Source: Vulcanimicrobiota bacterium
GTDB lineage: Bacteria > Vulcanimicrobiota > Vulcanimicrobiia > Vulcanimicrobiales > Vulcanimicrobiaceae
Length of the DNA: 64,000 bases
NCBI GenBank assembly: GCA_963833095.1
Contig: CAWHWQ010000001.1
Coordinates: 1-64,000 of the forward strand
Direction: 5' to 3'
The translations under genes and the position numbers were made by a program. Of this stretch, positions 52,296-62,650 are shown piece by piece. Below the pieces are notes generated by a model. That model made no database searches, was not told the origin of the DNA, and was given only the letters and a program-made list of their open reading frames with translations. Numbering within the stretch: position 1 is the stretch's first letter; every line of letters begins with the position of its first letter.

Positions 52296-53822
52296 GTGAC
52301 TAGCATCGCATTAGCGTTTGCCACGTTCATACTGCATCTTTGCACCGCGTGGCGTTACGGCTATTTTCGTGACGAACTGTATTTTATCGCGTGCGGGCGT
52401 CATCTCGCGTGGGGCTACGTCGACCAACCGCCGCTCGTTGCGCTCGTCGCATGGCTCGCGCAGCCCGCAAACGATGGATTGATCGCGCTGCGGTTTTTGC
52501 CGTGCCTCGCTGCCGGCCTGACCACGTACGTTGCGATCCAGATCGCGCGCGACCTTGGCGGTGGACGCTTCGCACAGTGGCTGGCCGGTATCGCGGTGGC
52601 GTTGACTCCCGCCTATCTTCTGCTCGGCAATATCCTGACCACCACGTCGTTCGAACCGCTTTCGTGGACCCTGCTCATTTGGCTTGTCATCCCGAGCGTA
52701 GCGAAGCATAGTCGAGGGACCGACTCAAAAACATGGCTCGCACTCGCGGCCGCTGCGAGCTTTGGCCTGTACGGAAAGTATTCGATGGCGCTGCTGCTCG
52801 TCGCACTGCTCATCGGTTTGCTGGTTACCAAGGAGCGGCGCACCTTAGCAACAGCGTGGTTCCCCATTGCCGCGGCGATCGTTGCGATCGTTACGCTGCC
52901 GAACCTATTCTGGCAAGCCGCACACGGCTGGCCATTCTTCGCGGTGCTTCAAGGCGACACCGCGCATCGCCACGCCTTCAACAACGGCTGGCTGCTCGAA
53001 TCACAAAACCTCGCCGGCAACGCGCTCTCGTTCGCAACCGAACAGCTGGTATACACCAACCCGCTTGCTGCTCCCGTCTGGCTCGCCGGATTGATCGCAC
53101 CGTTTACTTGGACACGCATGCGCGAACTCCGATTTATCTCCGTAGCGTACATCGTGCTCTTCGTAGCCGCGGTAACGCTCGAGGCCAAGGGTTACTATAT
53201 CATCGGAGTCTACGGCACACTCCTCGCGATTGGTGCCGTGGTCTTCGAGCGCGCGTCTTTCTGGCTTCGCTCGGCACTATTTGTTGCCCTGACCGCGACG
53301 GCTGTTGCAACGATGCCGCTTTCGATTCCGGTTCTGTCAATCGACGGATTCATCGCCTATTCGCGCGTGCTCGGACTCACTGGGCGCAACGAGCCCGCTC
53401 ATCTCATTCAACCGGTCTATGCCGAAGAGTTCGGTTGGGAACGGCTCGCGCGCGACGTCGCCTCCGTGTACGACACGTTGCCGGTCGCGACACGCGGCGC
53501 AACGGCGATCTACGCCGACACCTACGCCGACGCGGGCGCAATCGATTTCTTCGGTCCAGCCGCCGCCCTTCCGAGCGCAATCGGCAGCCAAAATTCGTAT
53601 TGGCTCTGGGGAACGCATGGCTACGACGGAAAGAGCATGATTGCGATCGGCGCCACGCGCATCGACGTGTTGCGTCGATACTATCGTACATGCCGCCTCG
53701 TGCGAACCTCAGACGAACCACTCAAATGGGTGGTCGAAGGGCCCGCGCCGATCTACCTCTGCACCAGCCCGACCATGCCGCTGGAACAAATCTGGCCGCA
53801 CCTGCGCTGGTACGGCGCGTAG
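52296..53822 (+). CDS. Glycosyltransferase family 39 (ArnT/PMT-like)
   Basis: RDELYF...HLAWGYVDQPPL, KY, PNL.WQ..HGWP. Confidence 0.88.
   Translation: MTSIALAFATFILHLCTAWRYGYFRDELYFIACGRHLAWGYVDQPPLVALVAWLAQPANDGLIALRFLPCLAAGLTTYVAIQIARDLGGGRFAQWLAGIAVALTPAYLLLGNILTTTSFEPLSWTLLIWLVIPSVAKHSRGTDSKTWLALAAAASFGLYGKYSMALLLVALLIGLLVTKERRTLATAWFPIAAAIVAIVTLPNLFWQAAHGWPFFAVLQGDTAHRHAFNNGWLLESQNLAGNALSFATEQLVYTNPLAAPVWLAGLIAPFTWTRMRELRFISVAYIVLFVAAVTLEAKGYYIIGVYGTLLAIGAVVFERASFWLRSALFVALTATAVATMPLSIPVLSIDGFIAYSRVLGLTGRNEPAHLIQPVYAEEFGWERLARDVASVYDTLPVATRGATAIYADTYADAGAIDFFGPAAALPSAIGSQNSYWLWGTHGYDGKSMIAIGATRIDVLRRYYRTCRLVRTSDEPLKWVVEGPAPIYLCTSPTMPLEQIWPHLRWYGA
52683..52720 (+). repeat. Repeat arm in frame inside the GT39 gene
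   Basis: cttgtcatcccgagcgtag is a 19-nt exact match to the reverse complement of 37915-37933; encodes LVIPSVAKHSRG. Confidence 0.75.
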
Positions 53823-53825
53823 CCG

Positions 53826-54362
53826 CTATTGTTTGATCGCTTCTACGTCGATTTCGAGGTCGATGCTGTTGCTTACCACGGGATAGTACAGATTCATACC
53901 CCATTGCGTGCGATCCACCGTCGTCTTGCAGGTATACGCGATGCGAAGTTCGCCTGGACGCAGGCCTGGGCCGCGGCCGAGGTATTCACAGGCCAGCGTC
54001 ACCGGGTGCGTTTGCCCGTGCATCGTGAGATCGCCCGCTGCGGTGAAATGCGTCGCGTCGCTTGCACTGATCTTGGTGCTGGTGAACTCCATCTTTGGAT
54101 AGGTCGCGATGTCGAAGAAATGAGCCGACTTGAGGTCGTCGTCTCGATGGGAGTTGCGCGTGTCGATACCGCTGGGATCAAGCGATGCGCGAGCTCCAGT
54201 CGGGATGTTGGTCGCGTCCGGAACGACGATGGTTGCGTTCACGATCGGAATGATCCCGTTCACGTGCGAAATCATCAGGTGCGTCGCGGTGAAGTTCGCC
54301 GAGGAATGAACGGGATCGGCCGCCCAAAGAGCGGCGAGCAGTAGTCCGACAAGCAGGTGCAT
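53826..54362 (-). CDS. YceI-family lipid/polyisoprenoid-binding protein
   Basis: DPVHS, IDTRN..RD.DLKS..FFD...YP, GDLTMHG. Confidence 0.9.
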   Translation of the reverse strand: MHLLVGLLLAALWAADPVHSSANFTATHLMISHVNGIIPIVNATIVVPDATNIPTGARASLDPSGIDTRNSHRDDDLKSAHFFDIATYPKMEFTSTKISASDATHFTAAGDLTMHGQTHPVTLACEYLGRGPGLRPGELRIAYTCKTTVDRTQWGMNLYYPVVSNSIDLEIDVEAIKQ

Positions 54363-55114
54363 TAGGCTTCCGCACCTCCGGGAACGACCAGCGAAATTCC
54401 GCTTCGCTCACCGCAGATCAAATCAAGTGAGGCCTGCGCGACCTCGTTGACGCTAGCAAGACGTCCTTCCGGATTCATGTCGGCAAGCGACTGCCGCGCT
54501 GATTCATTTGAGGCGCCGGTGAACTTCATGATCTTGTCGATCGCCTGTTGCATCATGTCGGTCTCGGTGTAGCCCGGGCAAATTGCATTCGCCGTCACGC
54601 CCGTGCCGGCAAACTCCGCCGCGATCGCCCTTGTAAAACCGATCACGCCGTGTTTGCTTGCGCAATAGGCTGAGACGTACGGCGCACCGTGGAGTCCCGC
54701 CATGCTCGCGACGTTGAGGATGCGTCCCCATCGCGCGATCAGCATATCTTGCGCCACCTCACGCGTGCACAGGAACGTGCCGGTAAGATTCGTCGCCACG
54801 ATGCGTTCGAAGAGTTCGAGTGAGGTTCGGGTCACGGGCGCAGAGTCCGCGATGCCCGAGTTGTTTACCAGCACCTCGATCGGTCCGTTGACCTTCCGGC
54901 ACTGCTCGAACGCCGACCGTACTTGGTCTTCGTCGGTCACGTCGGCCTGCGCCGTGGTAAATTCGGCGGCGACTGCGGCCGGTTGGCGACTGATGACGGA
55001 GATGCGCGCGCCGTGTTTGGCTAGCGCCCTTGCGATAGCTTCGCCAATGCCTCGCGCACCGCCGGTCACGAGCGCGTGCTTCCCCGCGAGGATCGCGGTG
55101 TAGTCAGATGACAT
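54362..55114 (-). CDS. SDR oxidoreductase (AbmB-like)
   Basis: TGGARGIG, NNSG, YCASK, ICPGYTET; start ATG 55114. Confidence 0.88.
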   Translation of the reverse strand: MSSDYTAILAGKHALVTGGARGIGEAIARALAKHGARISVISRQPAAVAAEFTTAQADVTDEDQVRSAFEQCRKVNGPIEVLVNNSGIADSAPVTRTSLELFERIVATNLTGTFLCTREVAQDMLIARWGRILNVASMAGLHGAPYVSAYCASKHGVIGFTRAIAAEFAGTGVTANAICPGYTETDMMQQAIDKIMKFTGASNESARQSLADMNPEGRLASVNEVAQASLDLICGERSGISLVVPGGAEA

Positions 55115-55348
55115 GTCCGGGAAATATTGCACCGGCGCAAGATCGCCTTCATTGCGGAGGCGAGAGGCCGTCGACCGCGTTGTGCATATCCATGGGAGAT
55201 ACGACAACGCGGTTGCGCAAGTATACCTCACGCAAACGGAAACGGGCGCAAGATCGGCGGGTCCGGAGTCCCCGCTCCGAGCCATGACTCGAACCGCTCG
55301 ACATAGGTCTATCGAGCAGCCGGAGGTTTTCGTGACCGGCGCCGGAAG
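55115..55348 (-). pseudogene. Relic of a bifunctional salicylyl-CoA 5-hydroxylase / 2-aminobenzoyl-CoA monooxygenase-reductase gene
   Basis: Across two frameshifts reads HENLRLLD-TYVERFESWL...PPILRPF-RLREVYLRNRVVVSPMDMHNAVDG, resembling the hydroxylase/OYE domain junction. Confidence 0.65.
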
Positions 55349-55357
55349 GCTCAAGCA

Positions 55358-55546
55358 ATGCAGCGACAGCTTCGCTTCCTGCTCGCGGCGATACCCTTCG
55401 GCGCGCTCTCGGTGGCTGTGCCGTTCGTTAATCACGTCGAGCCACGTATTTTGGGCCTGCCGTTTCTCCTTGCTTGGATCGCGTTTTGGGTGATCGTGAC
55501 ACCCGCGTTTCTGTGGATGGTCGGCCGCATCGAGGGACACTGGTGA
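55358..55546 (+). CDS. DUF3311-like small membrane protein
   Basis: PFVNHVEPRILGLPFLLAW; overlaps the symporter start. Confidence 0.82.
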   Translation: MQRQLRFLLAAIPFGALSVAVPFVNHVEPRILGLPFLLAWIAFWVIVTPAFLWMVGRIEGHW

Positions 55547-56994
55547 ACTCCGGCGTCGCACTCGGCGTTATCGCCGTGATCGTCTTAGGAACGGTCTTCT
55601 TCGCCGTCGCAAGCGTCCGGCGTTTCACGATGACGCCACAAGAATACATTGTTGGCGGACGCGGCTTCGGTGCGGTGTTTCTTTGGGTGCTGCTTGCGGG
55701 CGAAATCTATACCAGCTTTACGTTCTTGGGCGCAGCCGGATGGACGTACACCTTCGGCGCCCCGGCCTTTTACATCATGGCCTACGGCACGTGCGGCTAC
55801 ATCTTCTACTATTTCCTTTTCCCATGGATTTGGCGCATGGGCAAGCAGCACAACCTGCTCACGCTCCCCGACCTTATCCAAGTTCGCTATCAGAGCCGCG
55901 CGCTTTCGACGATCGTCGCGATCATTGCGGTGTTGGCGCTCATCCCCTACGTCACGCTCCAACTTTCAGCGCTGCAAATTTTCTTGACCGTCGCGGGACA
56001 CGGGGTGATCGACCCGGTACTCGGCGCATGCGTTGCATTTTTGTTGATCATCGCGTTTGTCTTCGTGACAGGCTTACGCGGAACGGCATGGGCCAGTATC
56101 ATTAAAGACGCGCTGGTGATCGGAGCGCTGCTCTTCGTCGGTCTGGCCATTCCGCTGCACTTTTTCGGCTCGCCGGCAAAATTGTTCGATCAAGTGTTGC
56201 TCGCCCATCCCGAACGGCTGGTGCTCGGCGGCCTTACCGCACCCAAAGGCTCACTGTGGTATGTCTCCACCGTGTTGCTGACCGGATTAGGCTTCTTTTC
56301 GGGGCCGCAGTCGATCGCCGCGATCTTCAGCGCCAAAGATGAGAACGTGCTGCGGCGCAACGCCATGTTTTTGCCGGTCTACCAGCTCATCATGTTGCTG
56401 ATTTTCTTCGCCGGATTTTCCGCGCTATTGATCGTGCCAGGGCTCAAGGGCCCCGCGGCCGATCAATCGTTCCTCGCCGTCGTTTCACGGTTCTACCCGC
56501 CGTGGGTGCTTGGATTCGTCACCGGGACCGGCGCGCTTTGCGCGCTCGTGCCGTCGACTGCATTGTTGCTCAGTTCTGCGAGCGTTGTCGCCAAGAACAT
56601 CGCGGGCGATCTTTTCGGCATCGGTTTGGACGAAGCCGGACGCCTGCGCGTCACGCGCTTGATGGTCGTGGTCATGGGCCTGCTTTCGCTTGGCCTATGG
56701 CTCGCCTATCGCACCACGCTGGTCGATCTATTGCTGCTCACCTACAACGGAATCTCGCAGTTTATGCCCGCATACCTGTTCGGAGCCTTTTGGAAACGCG
56801 TGACCACCGCCGGCGTTGCGTGCGGCATCGTGGTCGGCATCGTCCTCGCGGTAACACTGGCCGCAACCGGCCGAGCGCCGTTTGGTCTGAACCCGGGGTT
56901 CATCGGTCTCGCCGTTAACATCGCGGTAGTCGTCGGCGTATCCTTACTAACGCAACCGGCCCGAGGATTGACACCCCAGCCGGCGCGCGATTAG
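55543..56994 (+). CDS. Sodium:solute symporter
   Basis: EYIVGGR, AGEIYTSFTFLG, GLRGTAW; GTG start overlapping the upstream TGA. Confidence 0.9.
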   Translation: MNSGVALGVIAVIVLGTVFFAVASVRRFTMTPQEYIVGGRGFGAVFLWVLLAGEIYTSFTFLGAAGWTYTFGAPAFYIMAYGTCGYIFYYFLFPWIWRMGKQHNLLTLPDLIQVRYQSRALSTIVAIIAVLALIPYVTLQLSALQIFLTVAGHGVIDPVLGACVAFLLIIAFVFVTGLRGTAWASIIKDALVIGALLFVGLAIPLHFFGSPAKLFDQVLLAHPERLVLGGLTAPKGSLWYVSTVLLTGLGFFSGPQSIAAIFSAKDENVLRRNAMFLPVYQLIMLLIFFAGFSALLIVPGLKGPAADQSFLAVVSRFYPPWVLGFVTGTGALCALVPSTALLLSSASVVAKNIAGDLFGIGLDEAGRLRVTRLMVVVMGLLSLGLWLAYRTTLVDLLLLTYNGISQFMPAYLFGAFWKRVTTAGVACGIVVGIVLAVTLAATGRAPFGLNPGFIGLAVNIAVVVGVSLLTQPARGLTPQPARD

Positions 56995-57423
56995 TCAGCC
57001 GGCTCGCAGAACTGAATCGAAGATTTCTTCAAAAAAATACAGTGGCCCGATCAGCAGATAAACCAGATTCTCCATGAACTTCGGTTTAGTTCCCTCGAAC
57101 CGGTGGCCGACTAATTGAAAGACCCACCCGACGACGAGTGCGCCAAGAGCGATCTGCCACGGTAATCGGATCGCGATCTCATAGATGACCGCGAAGAGCA
57201 CGGTGGAGATCAGCGCGCCACGAGGATCGATGAAGGCGTAGTAGAGCAGTGTTGCTAGGCCGGCCACGATCGCAAGGTCGATCGGCCCGAGCGTTGCGAG
57301 ATGCAACATTCCCATCGTGCCCAGCAGGATCAGCGGAATCCCCACCGCGTGACACGCGCGATTGCGGCCATCGGCATGATACGAGCCATACTCGGTAAAG
57401 AGCTCGGTCTTAGTCATTGACAT
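56995..57423 (-). CDS. Mpo1/DUF962-family membrane protein
   Basis: Y..YH....N...H.VGIP, GW.FQ.VGH.FE..KP. Confidence 0.85.
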   Translation of the reverse strand: MSMTKTELFTEYGSYHADGRNRACHAVGIPLILLGTMGMLHLATLGPIDLAIVAGLATLLYYAFIDPRGALISTVLFAVIYEIAIRLPWQIALGALVVGWVFQLVGHRFEGTKPKFMENLVYLLIGPLYFFEEIFDSVLRAG

Positions 57424-57512
57424 CGCGCCCCCTTGTGCGTGCGGCGTTCTGCGACCCCTGCCGCCGGAGTCCCTGCCGGGGATGGGTGCGCGTGCGCAGA
57501 ACTCACGCTGGC

Positions 57513-58691
57513 ATGACAGCGACGATAACCGTTCCGCAGCGACTTGCCGATGACGTCGTCTTGATCCGCCGCGACCTCCACATGCATCCCGAACTGGGTT
57601 TCTGCGAGCATCGCACGGCCGGCATCGTCGCGGATCGTCTGCGCTCGCTAGGCTACGAGGTCCACGAACGTATAGGCACAACCGGCGTGGTGGGTCTCCT
57701 GCGGGGCGGGCGCCCCGGCCGGACCATCATGCTCCGTGCCGACATGGATGCGCTGCCGATTCTCGAGGAGCTCGATCACGCGTACCGCTCGCAGGCGGAC
57801 GGGACGATGCATGCCTGCGGACACGATGGGCACGTCGCAATTCTACTCGGCGCCGCGGCGCTGATCGCTGACCGCCGCGACGAACTCGCCGGGACGGTCG
57901 CATTGGTGTTTCAACCCGCGGAGGAAGGCCTCGGCGGGGCTAAAGCAATGATCGAGGACGGGTTGATCGAGCGTTTCGGCATCGAGCGCGCGTACGGCTT
58001 GCATCTCAACACGCTCTACCCGACCGGCGTTCTCGGCTTTCGCGAAGGTCCTATGTACGCATCGAGCGACTCGATCGAAATCGAGGTGATCGGCGTCGGC
58101 GGTCATGGCGCGGCGCCGCACTATGCGGTCGATCCGATCCTCACCGCCGCGAGCTTTATCACCAGCGTGCAGCAGGTCGTGTCGCGAATGGTCGATCCGC
58201 TCGAACCGGCGGTGGTGACGATCGGCGCGATCCATGCCGGCACAACCCATAACGTCATACCGCGGACTGCCAAGATGCTCGGCACGGTTCGCGCGTTTGC
58301 CGACGACGTGCGCAGCGAGATGCCCGAGCGGATCGAGCGCGTGCTGCGCGCCTGTTGTGACGCCTCCGGTGCGACCTACGACTACGACTACATCTGGCGC
58401 TACCCGGTCACGGCAAACGACCCCGCGCAAACCCAGTATGCGCGCGCGCTGGCGGCCGCAACGGTCGGCGAAACATCGGTGGTCGACGTCGCGCAATTGA
58501 TGGGCGCAGAGGATTTCTCATTTTTTGCCCAACGCGTTCCTTCGTGTTTTTATACGCTGGGATGCAGCGGTGGGCCGCAGACCAGCCACCCGCATCACTC
58601 GAGCCTTTTCGATATCGATGAACGGGCGCTGCCCAACGGTGTCGCGATGATGACCGCGCTCGCGTTCGACGCTCCGCGCAACGCGCCGTGA
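57513..58691 (+). CDS. M20D amidohydrolase
   Basis: RRDLHMHPEL, RADMDALP, MHACGHDGH, FQPAEE, AEDF. Confidence 0.93.
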   Translation: MTATITVPQRLADDVVLIRRDLHMHPELGFCEHRTAGIVADRLRSLGYEVHERIGTTGVVGLLRGGRPGRTIMLRADMDALPILEELDHAYRSQADGTMHACGHDGHVAILLGAAALIADRRDELAGTVALVFQPAEEGLGGAKAMIEDGLIERFGIERAYGLHLNTLYPTGVLGFREGPMYASSDSIEIEVIGVGGHGAAPHYAVDPILTAASFITSVQQVVSRMVDPLEPAVVTIGAIHAGTTHNVIPRTAKMLGTVRAFADDVRSEMPERIERVLRACCDASGATYDYDYIWRYPVTANDPAQTQYARALAAATVGETSVVDVAQLMGAEDFSFFAQRVPSCFYTLGCSGGPQTSHPHHSSLFDIDERALPNGVAMMTALAFDAPRNAP

Positions 58692-58718
58692 GATGGCTCC
58701 GCCGTTTCGCGGGCGCGC

Positions 58719-59225
58719 GTGATTCCTGAAGTTATCGAGCATCCCACGCCTGCGCAGGTGCTCGAGATCGTCACGCGCGCAGTGTTTCAGGCCGGCGTAA
58801 AATGGTCGCAGATCGCGCAGCACTGGGATGCGTACCGCGCGGCCTTTGCGAATTTCGATCCCGCGCAAGTTTCCGTCTTCGATAGCATCGACACGCAGCG
58901 CATACTCGCGCAGGAGGGCGTCTTGCGCGTGCCGCGCAAGGTCCAGGCGACGATCGCTAACGCGGGAGCGCTGATCGCCATCGAGCGCGAGTTCGGGAGC
59001 TTTCGCGCCTACGTCGCATCGTTTTCTGACTATGCAGCGCTCGCCCGGGATATGAAAAAGCGCTTCGCCTTTCTCGGCGATATGAATGTGTGGTACGTAC
59101 TGTTTCGCTGCGGCGAACCGGTGCCGCGCTTCGAACCGTGGGTGAAAACGATCAAGGGCGAGCACCCGCGCATGCGCGAGATGGTCGAGCTCGCGCGCGG
59201 GCGGGGTATTTCGCCGGAAGCCTAG
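58719..59225 (+). CDS. DNA-3-methyladenine glycosylase I family protein
   Basis: FQAG..W, AF.NFDP, K..A.I.NA, KKRF.F.G. Confidence 0.8.
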   Translation: MIPEVIEHPTPAQVLEIVTRAVFQAGVKWSQIAQHWDAYRAAFANFDPAQVSVFDSIDTQRILAQEGVLRVPRKVQATIANAGALIAIEREFGSFRAYVASFSDYAALARDMKKRFAFLGDMNVWYVLFRCGEPVPRFEPWVKTIKGEHPRMREMVELARGRGISPEA

Positions 59226-62200
59226 TTCGGAGGTCGGCTCGGCGACGGGCGCGGCTGACGAACCAGATACAGCCCGTACGCCGCATTGTAGTTCAGATCG
59301 GGTTGCATCGCGCCGTCCCAGCCTTTGGGCACTAGTTCCTGCGGCGTCGTTGCGGCGACGCGTCCGCAGAAGAGCAGCGAGAACACCAGCGTCGGATCGC
59401 CCGGCACAAGGCTATACCACGTGCCGTTCTTTGCGGTGTGCGCGGCGATCGTCCAAAGATGCGGCGCCGCTGCGCTCGCGAAGTAGGCGCGCAGTTCGGT
59501 CAACGCTTCCGTCGCCGTGTTCTTCAAATCCGCCGTGCATTCGGTGGCAGCGCGCACTTCGAAGGGATCCTTCGGCGGCGTCGAGGGCAGGGTGTAGACG
59601 CGGAAGCTCTCCTGACCCGCCTGCGGCTGGCGCGCCACCGCATAGAGCCCGACTGACGGCATGAAGGTGAGCTGCGGCGCTCCGAACAGCGACGAAATCG
59701 GCGTATAGAGTTTGCGCGCCGTCACTTCGTCGGGCTGCGCAATATGCAGTGTGAGGCATCCGAAGAACACACGGAATTGACCGCCGCGATTGCCGCCACC
59801 ACGCTGCCCGCCTTGTCCGGGAGCCGGACTCGGGCTCGCGCCTGCGGCAAGCTCTTCTGAGGCAAGGCGCAACGCCGGCGTCTGGTTCTGGAAATGCGGC
59901 TGGATCGAGAGCGCATACGTGCTGTCCATGCCGTGATAGGTGACCGTTGCATCGGCAATCTGCGGCGGCGGCATCGTCGCGGGATATCCCGCCGACGTTT
60001 TTGCCGCCTCGATCTCCGCAACGTAAGCTTTGAGTTCGTTCGAAAGCTGCAGCGCCGTCACATGCGCGTCGGCCGGGCACCGCGTATCGTCCGACGAAAC
60101 GTCCAACGGATCTGCCGGAGCCGCGCTCGGTAGCGGCTGCGGACGGAATCCACCTCCGCGACCGGGACCGCCCTCGCCGCGGCCACCACCCCCGGGCGCA
60201 GGCAGCGACTGCGCGACGTGCGTGTTGCCCAGCGTTCCTGGGCCGTATCGTAGCGTATACGTGACGGTGTACGTACGCGGCGTGAGCGGACGCGCGACGG
60301 TCGGCACGATCTGCCCACTCTGCGTGTAAAATGGGACCGCGTTCGCGTAGCTCGAGAAGATGCCCGCGTAGGTGCCGAAGATGTTCGACGCGGCGACCGT
60401 TAAATTTCCCTTGTTGAACGCTGCGTTGACGGCGGCATCGAACTGTGTGTACGCGGGCAGATTGTTCGAATTGTTTCGCCCGTTGTATTCCGCATCGGCG
60501 TAATATTCAAGCGCCGAATGGCGCGCCTTATAATCGAAGATCACGCCGGCGCGCTGAAGCGGCACGTTGGGCAACTGCTGCCCGGACTGCGTGATCGAAT
60601 AGGGGTTGTCGATCAATGGCGAATTCGAGATTGCTTGCGACACGGTGGTATTCCAGAACGGCTGTACGATGAGATTACCGAACGTGCCGTAACCGGTGAT
60701 CTGGATGCCCTGATACACACGATCGACGCCGGCGACCGGGGTGCTGAAATAGAGTTGGCTTGGGCTGAACGGTACGCTCCCGCAACCCGCGTCGCTTTGG
60801 AATATCTGTTGCACTGCTGCAATGTATGAAGGCGTCAACGTGCCGTTTGCCAGCAGAATCGTGCCGTTTACGTCGGTCGGCAACAGCGTATTCTTCTGCA
60901 ACTGACGGTACAAGCGCACCGAGAGGTCGCCGCCGATCCACGTGTGCGTGTACGTGACATTCGTGGACGTCGAAGAACTCGCTTCGGGTGCCGCGCCCGG
61001 TGCGTTGCCGTAGGCGACGCTATTCGCGCCATCGCAGGTGTAGCGAAGCGCTGCGGGGTCGCTGAGAATCGTCGAACGCGTCTGCTGCCCGGGCGAGCCC
61101 TGCATCGTGTACGAAGCCGAGTAGGTATCATATTTCGTCGGGTGCCACGTCGTCCCCAGCGATTCGAGCACGCCGCCGAAGCCGCCGGTCCCTTGCGTCA
61201 CACCGAGGGATTCGGAAAACGAGAGATGCTCGTTCGAATGAATCGAATCGGTCACTTCGGCGGCGGCATAGCTGCTATGCTGCAGGTTCGTGTAGTACGG
61301 CGTCGCCGGTTCGTTGAGCGGAAATGTCTGCGACGTGCCCCACGAGCCGTAGGCGGTAAGCGAGATCGTGTGTCGCTGCGCCGCCGGAAGGATAGCATTG
61401 AGTGTAAAACCCCGGCTATCGTTTAGCCCCGTGGAGCCGATCGGCGACGCGACACCATCGATATAGCGATCGAGTTCGTCGCCGAGCGAGGTTGAGTTAT
61501 TCTGATAGATCGTCGCTTGGATCGAGGTCGCGCCAAGCAGTAGATCGTCGCTGAGCGAGAACAGACTCACGCTTCCGGCCGAATAATTGTTCGGGCCGTA
61601 GCCGCAGGGGGTTCCGTCGTATTGTATTCGCGCGCAGACGACGTTCGTGATGCGATTCGACGTCAGAGATCGTACCGGTGATCGTCTGCGAATCCCCGAC
61701 CTCGTAGCGGAATCTTCCCGATGAACCGAAGCTGTTCGCATCGCCGTTGTGGACGTAGTTCAGACCGCTCGCATCGGTGTAGCGCAAACCGTCGAGCCAG
61801 CTGGTCGCGAGACCGCCGCAGAGGTTGAGCGCAACGCCGAGCTTACCGTTTGAACCGGTCTCGGCGCTTTGCCAACTGTTGCGAGCATTCGACCCGAGCA
61901 TCAGCGAATCGTAAGACTCCCATGACAGCGTCGGCTGCAGCGTGGTGAAATTCACACCGCCGGCGAGGCCGCCGAGTTGCGGTCCGTTGCGAACGCCCGC
62001 GCCGGTAAACAAGCAGGTAGCATAGTTGCGAAGATTGCCGGCCGAGCCCGGAGCATTGAGCGGAATACCGTCGAGCGTCAGCGCCGTTTGACCGGCATCT
62101 TGACCGTCGAGCGAGATGGTCTGCTCGGCGTCGCTATCATCACTGCTGGTTTGCACCGAGACGCCCGAGAGCTTATTGAGTGCGTCGGCCAAATCGCTCG

Positions 62201-62627
62201 AAAGCCGGCGCACCGCGGAATCGGGACCGAATGAGCTTGACGAGATCGCCGCCGACGAGTGCGCCTCAACGGTACCGATCACTTTTAACTGAGTCGAAAG
62301 CGCGAGCGAAACGCTCACCGTGACGTAGTTGCCGTTGATGATCTCGAACGACGGCGAGGTAACCGTCTGGTAATCGCGCCGGACGACGCGCGCGCGATAG
62401 ATACCGTCCGGCACATCGGTGAAGACGATCAAGCCTTTCTTATCGGTGAACCCACTCGTCACGACTGGGCCGTCGAGGACGACGCGCGCGAGTTCGACTG
62501 ATGCCTTGCTGCTCTGGTCGGTGACGACGATCCGTATCTCGCCGTTATCCGCCTGTTGCGCTGATGCGGCGATCGGCGAAAAGGGCATAAAGAGAGCGGC
62601 AAGCACGGCCGCGAGGAGGCGCTTCAT
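59222..62627 (-). CDS. TonB-dependent-receptor-like outer-membrane protein with C-terminal extension (one frameshift near 61667)
   Basis: Signal peptide, carboxypeptidase-regulatory-like domain, plug-like segment (LNKLSGVSV...TLDGIPLN...GGVNF), barrel-end motifs NLPAYTQFDA / NIF / PRTYTVTYTLRY. Confidence 0.75.
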
Positions 62628-62650
62628 GATGTGCAGGTGATTCTTCTTCG

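Noticed and set aside
54362..55561. 399-aa N-terminally extended SDR
   Set aside because: The extension overlaps the opposite-strand DUF3311-like gene and the pseudogene relic; the SDR fold starts at ATG 55114.
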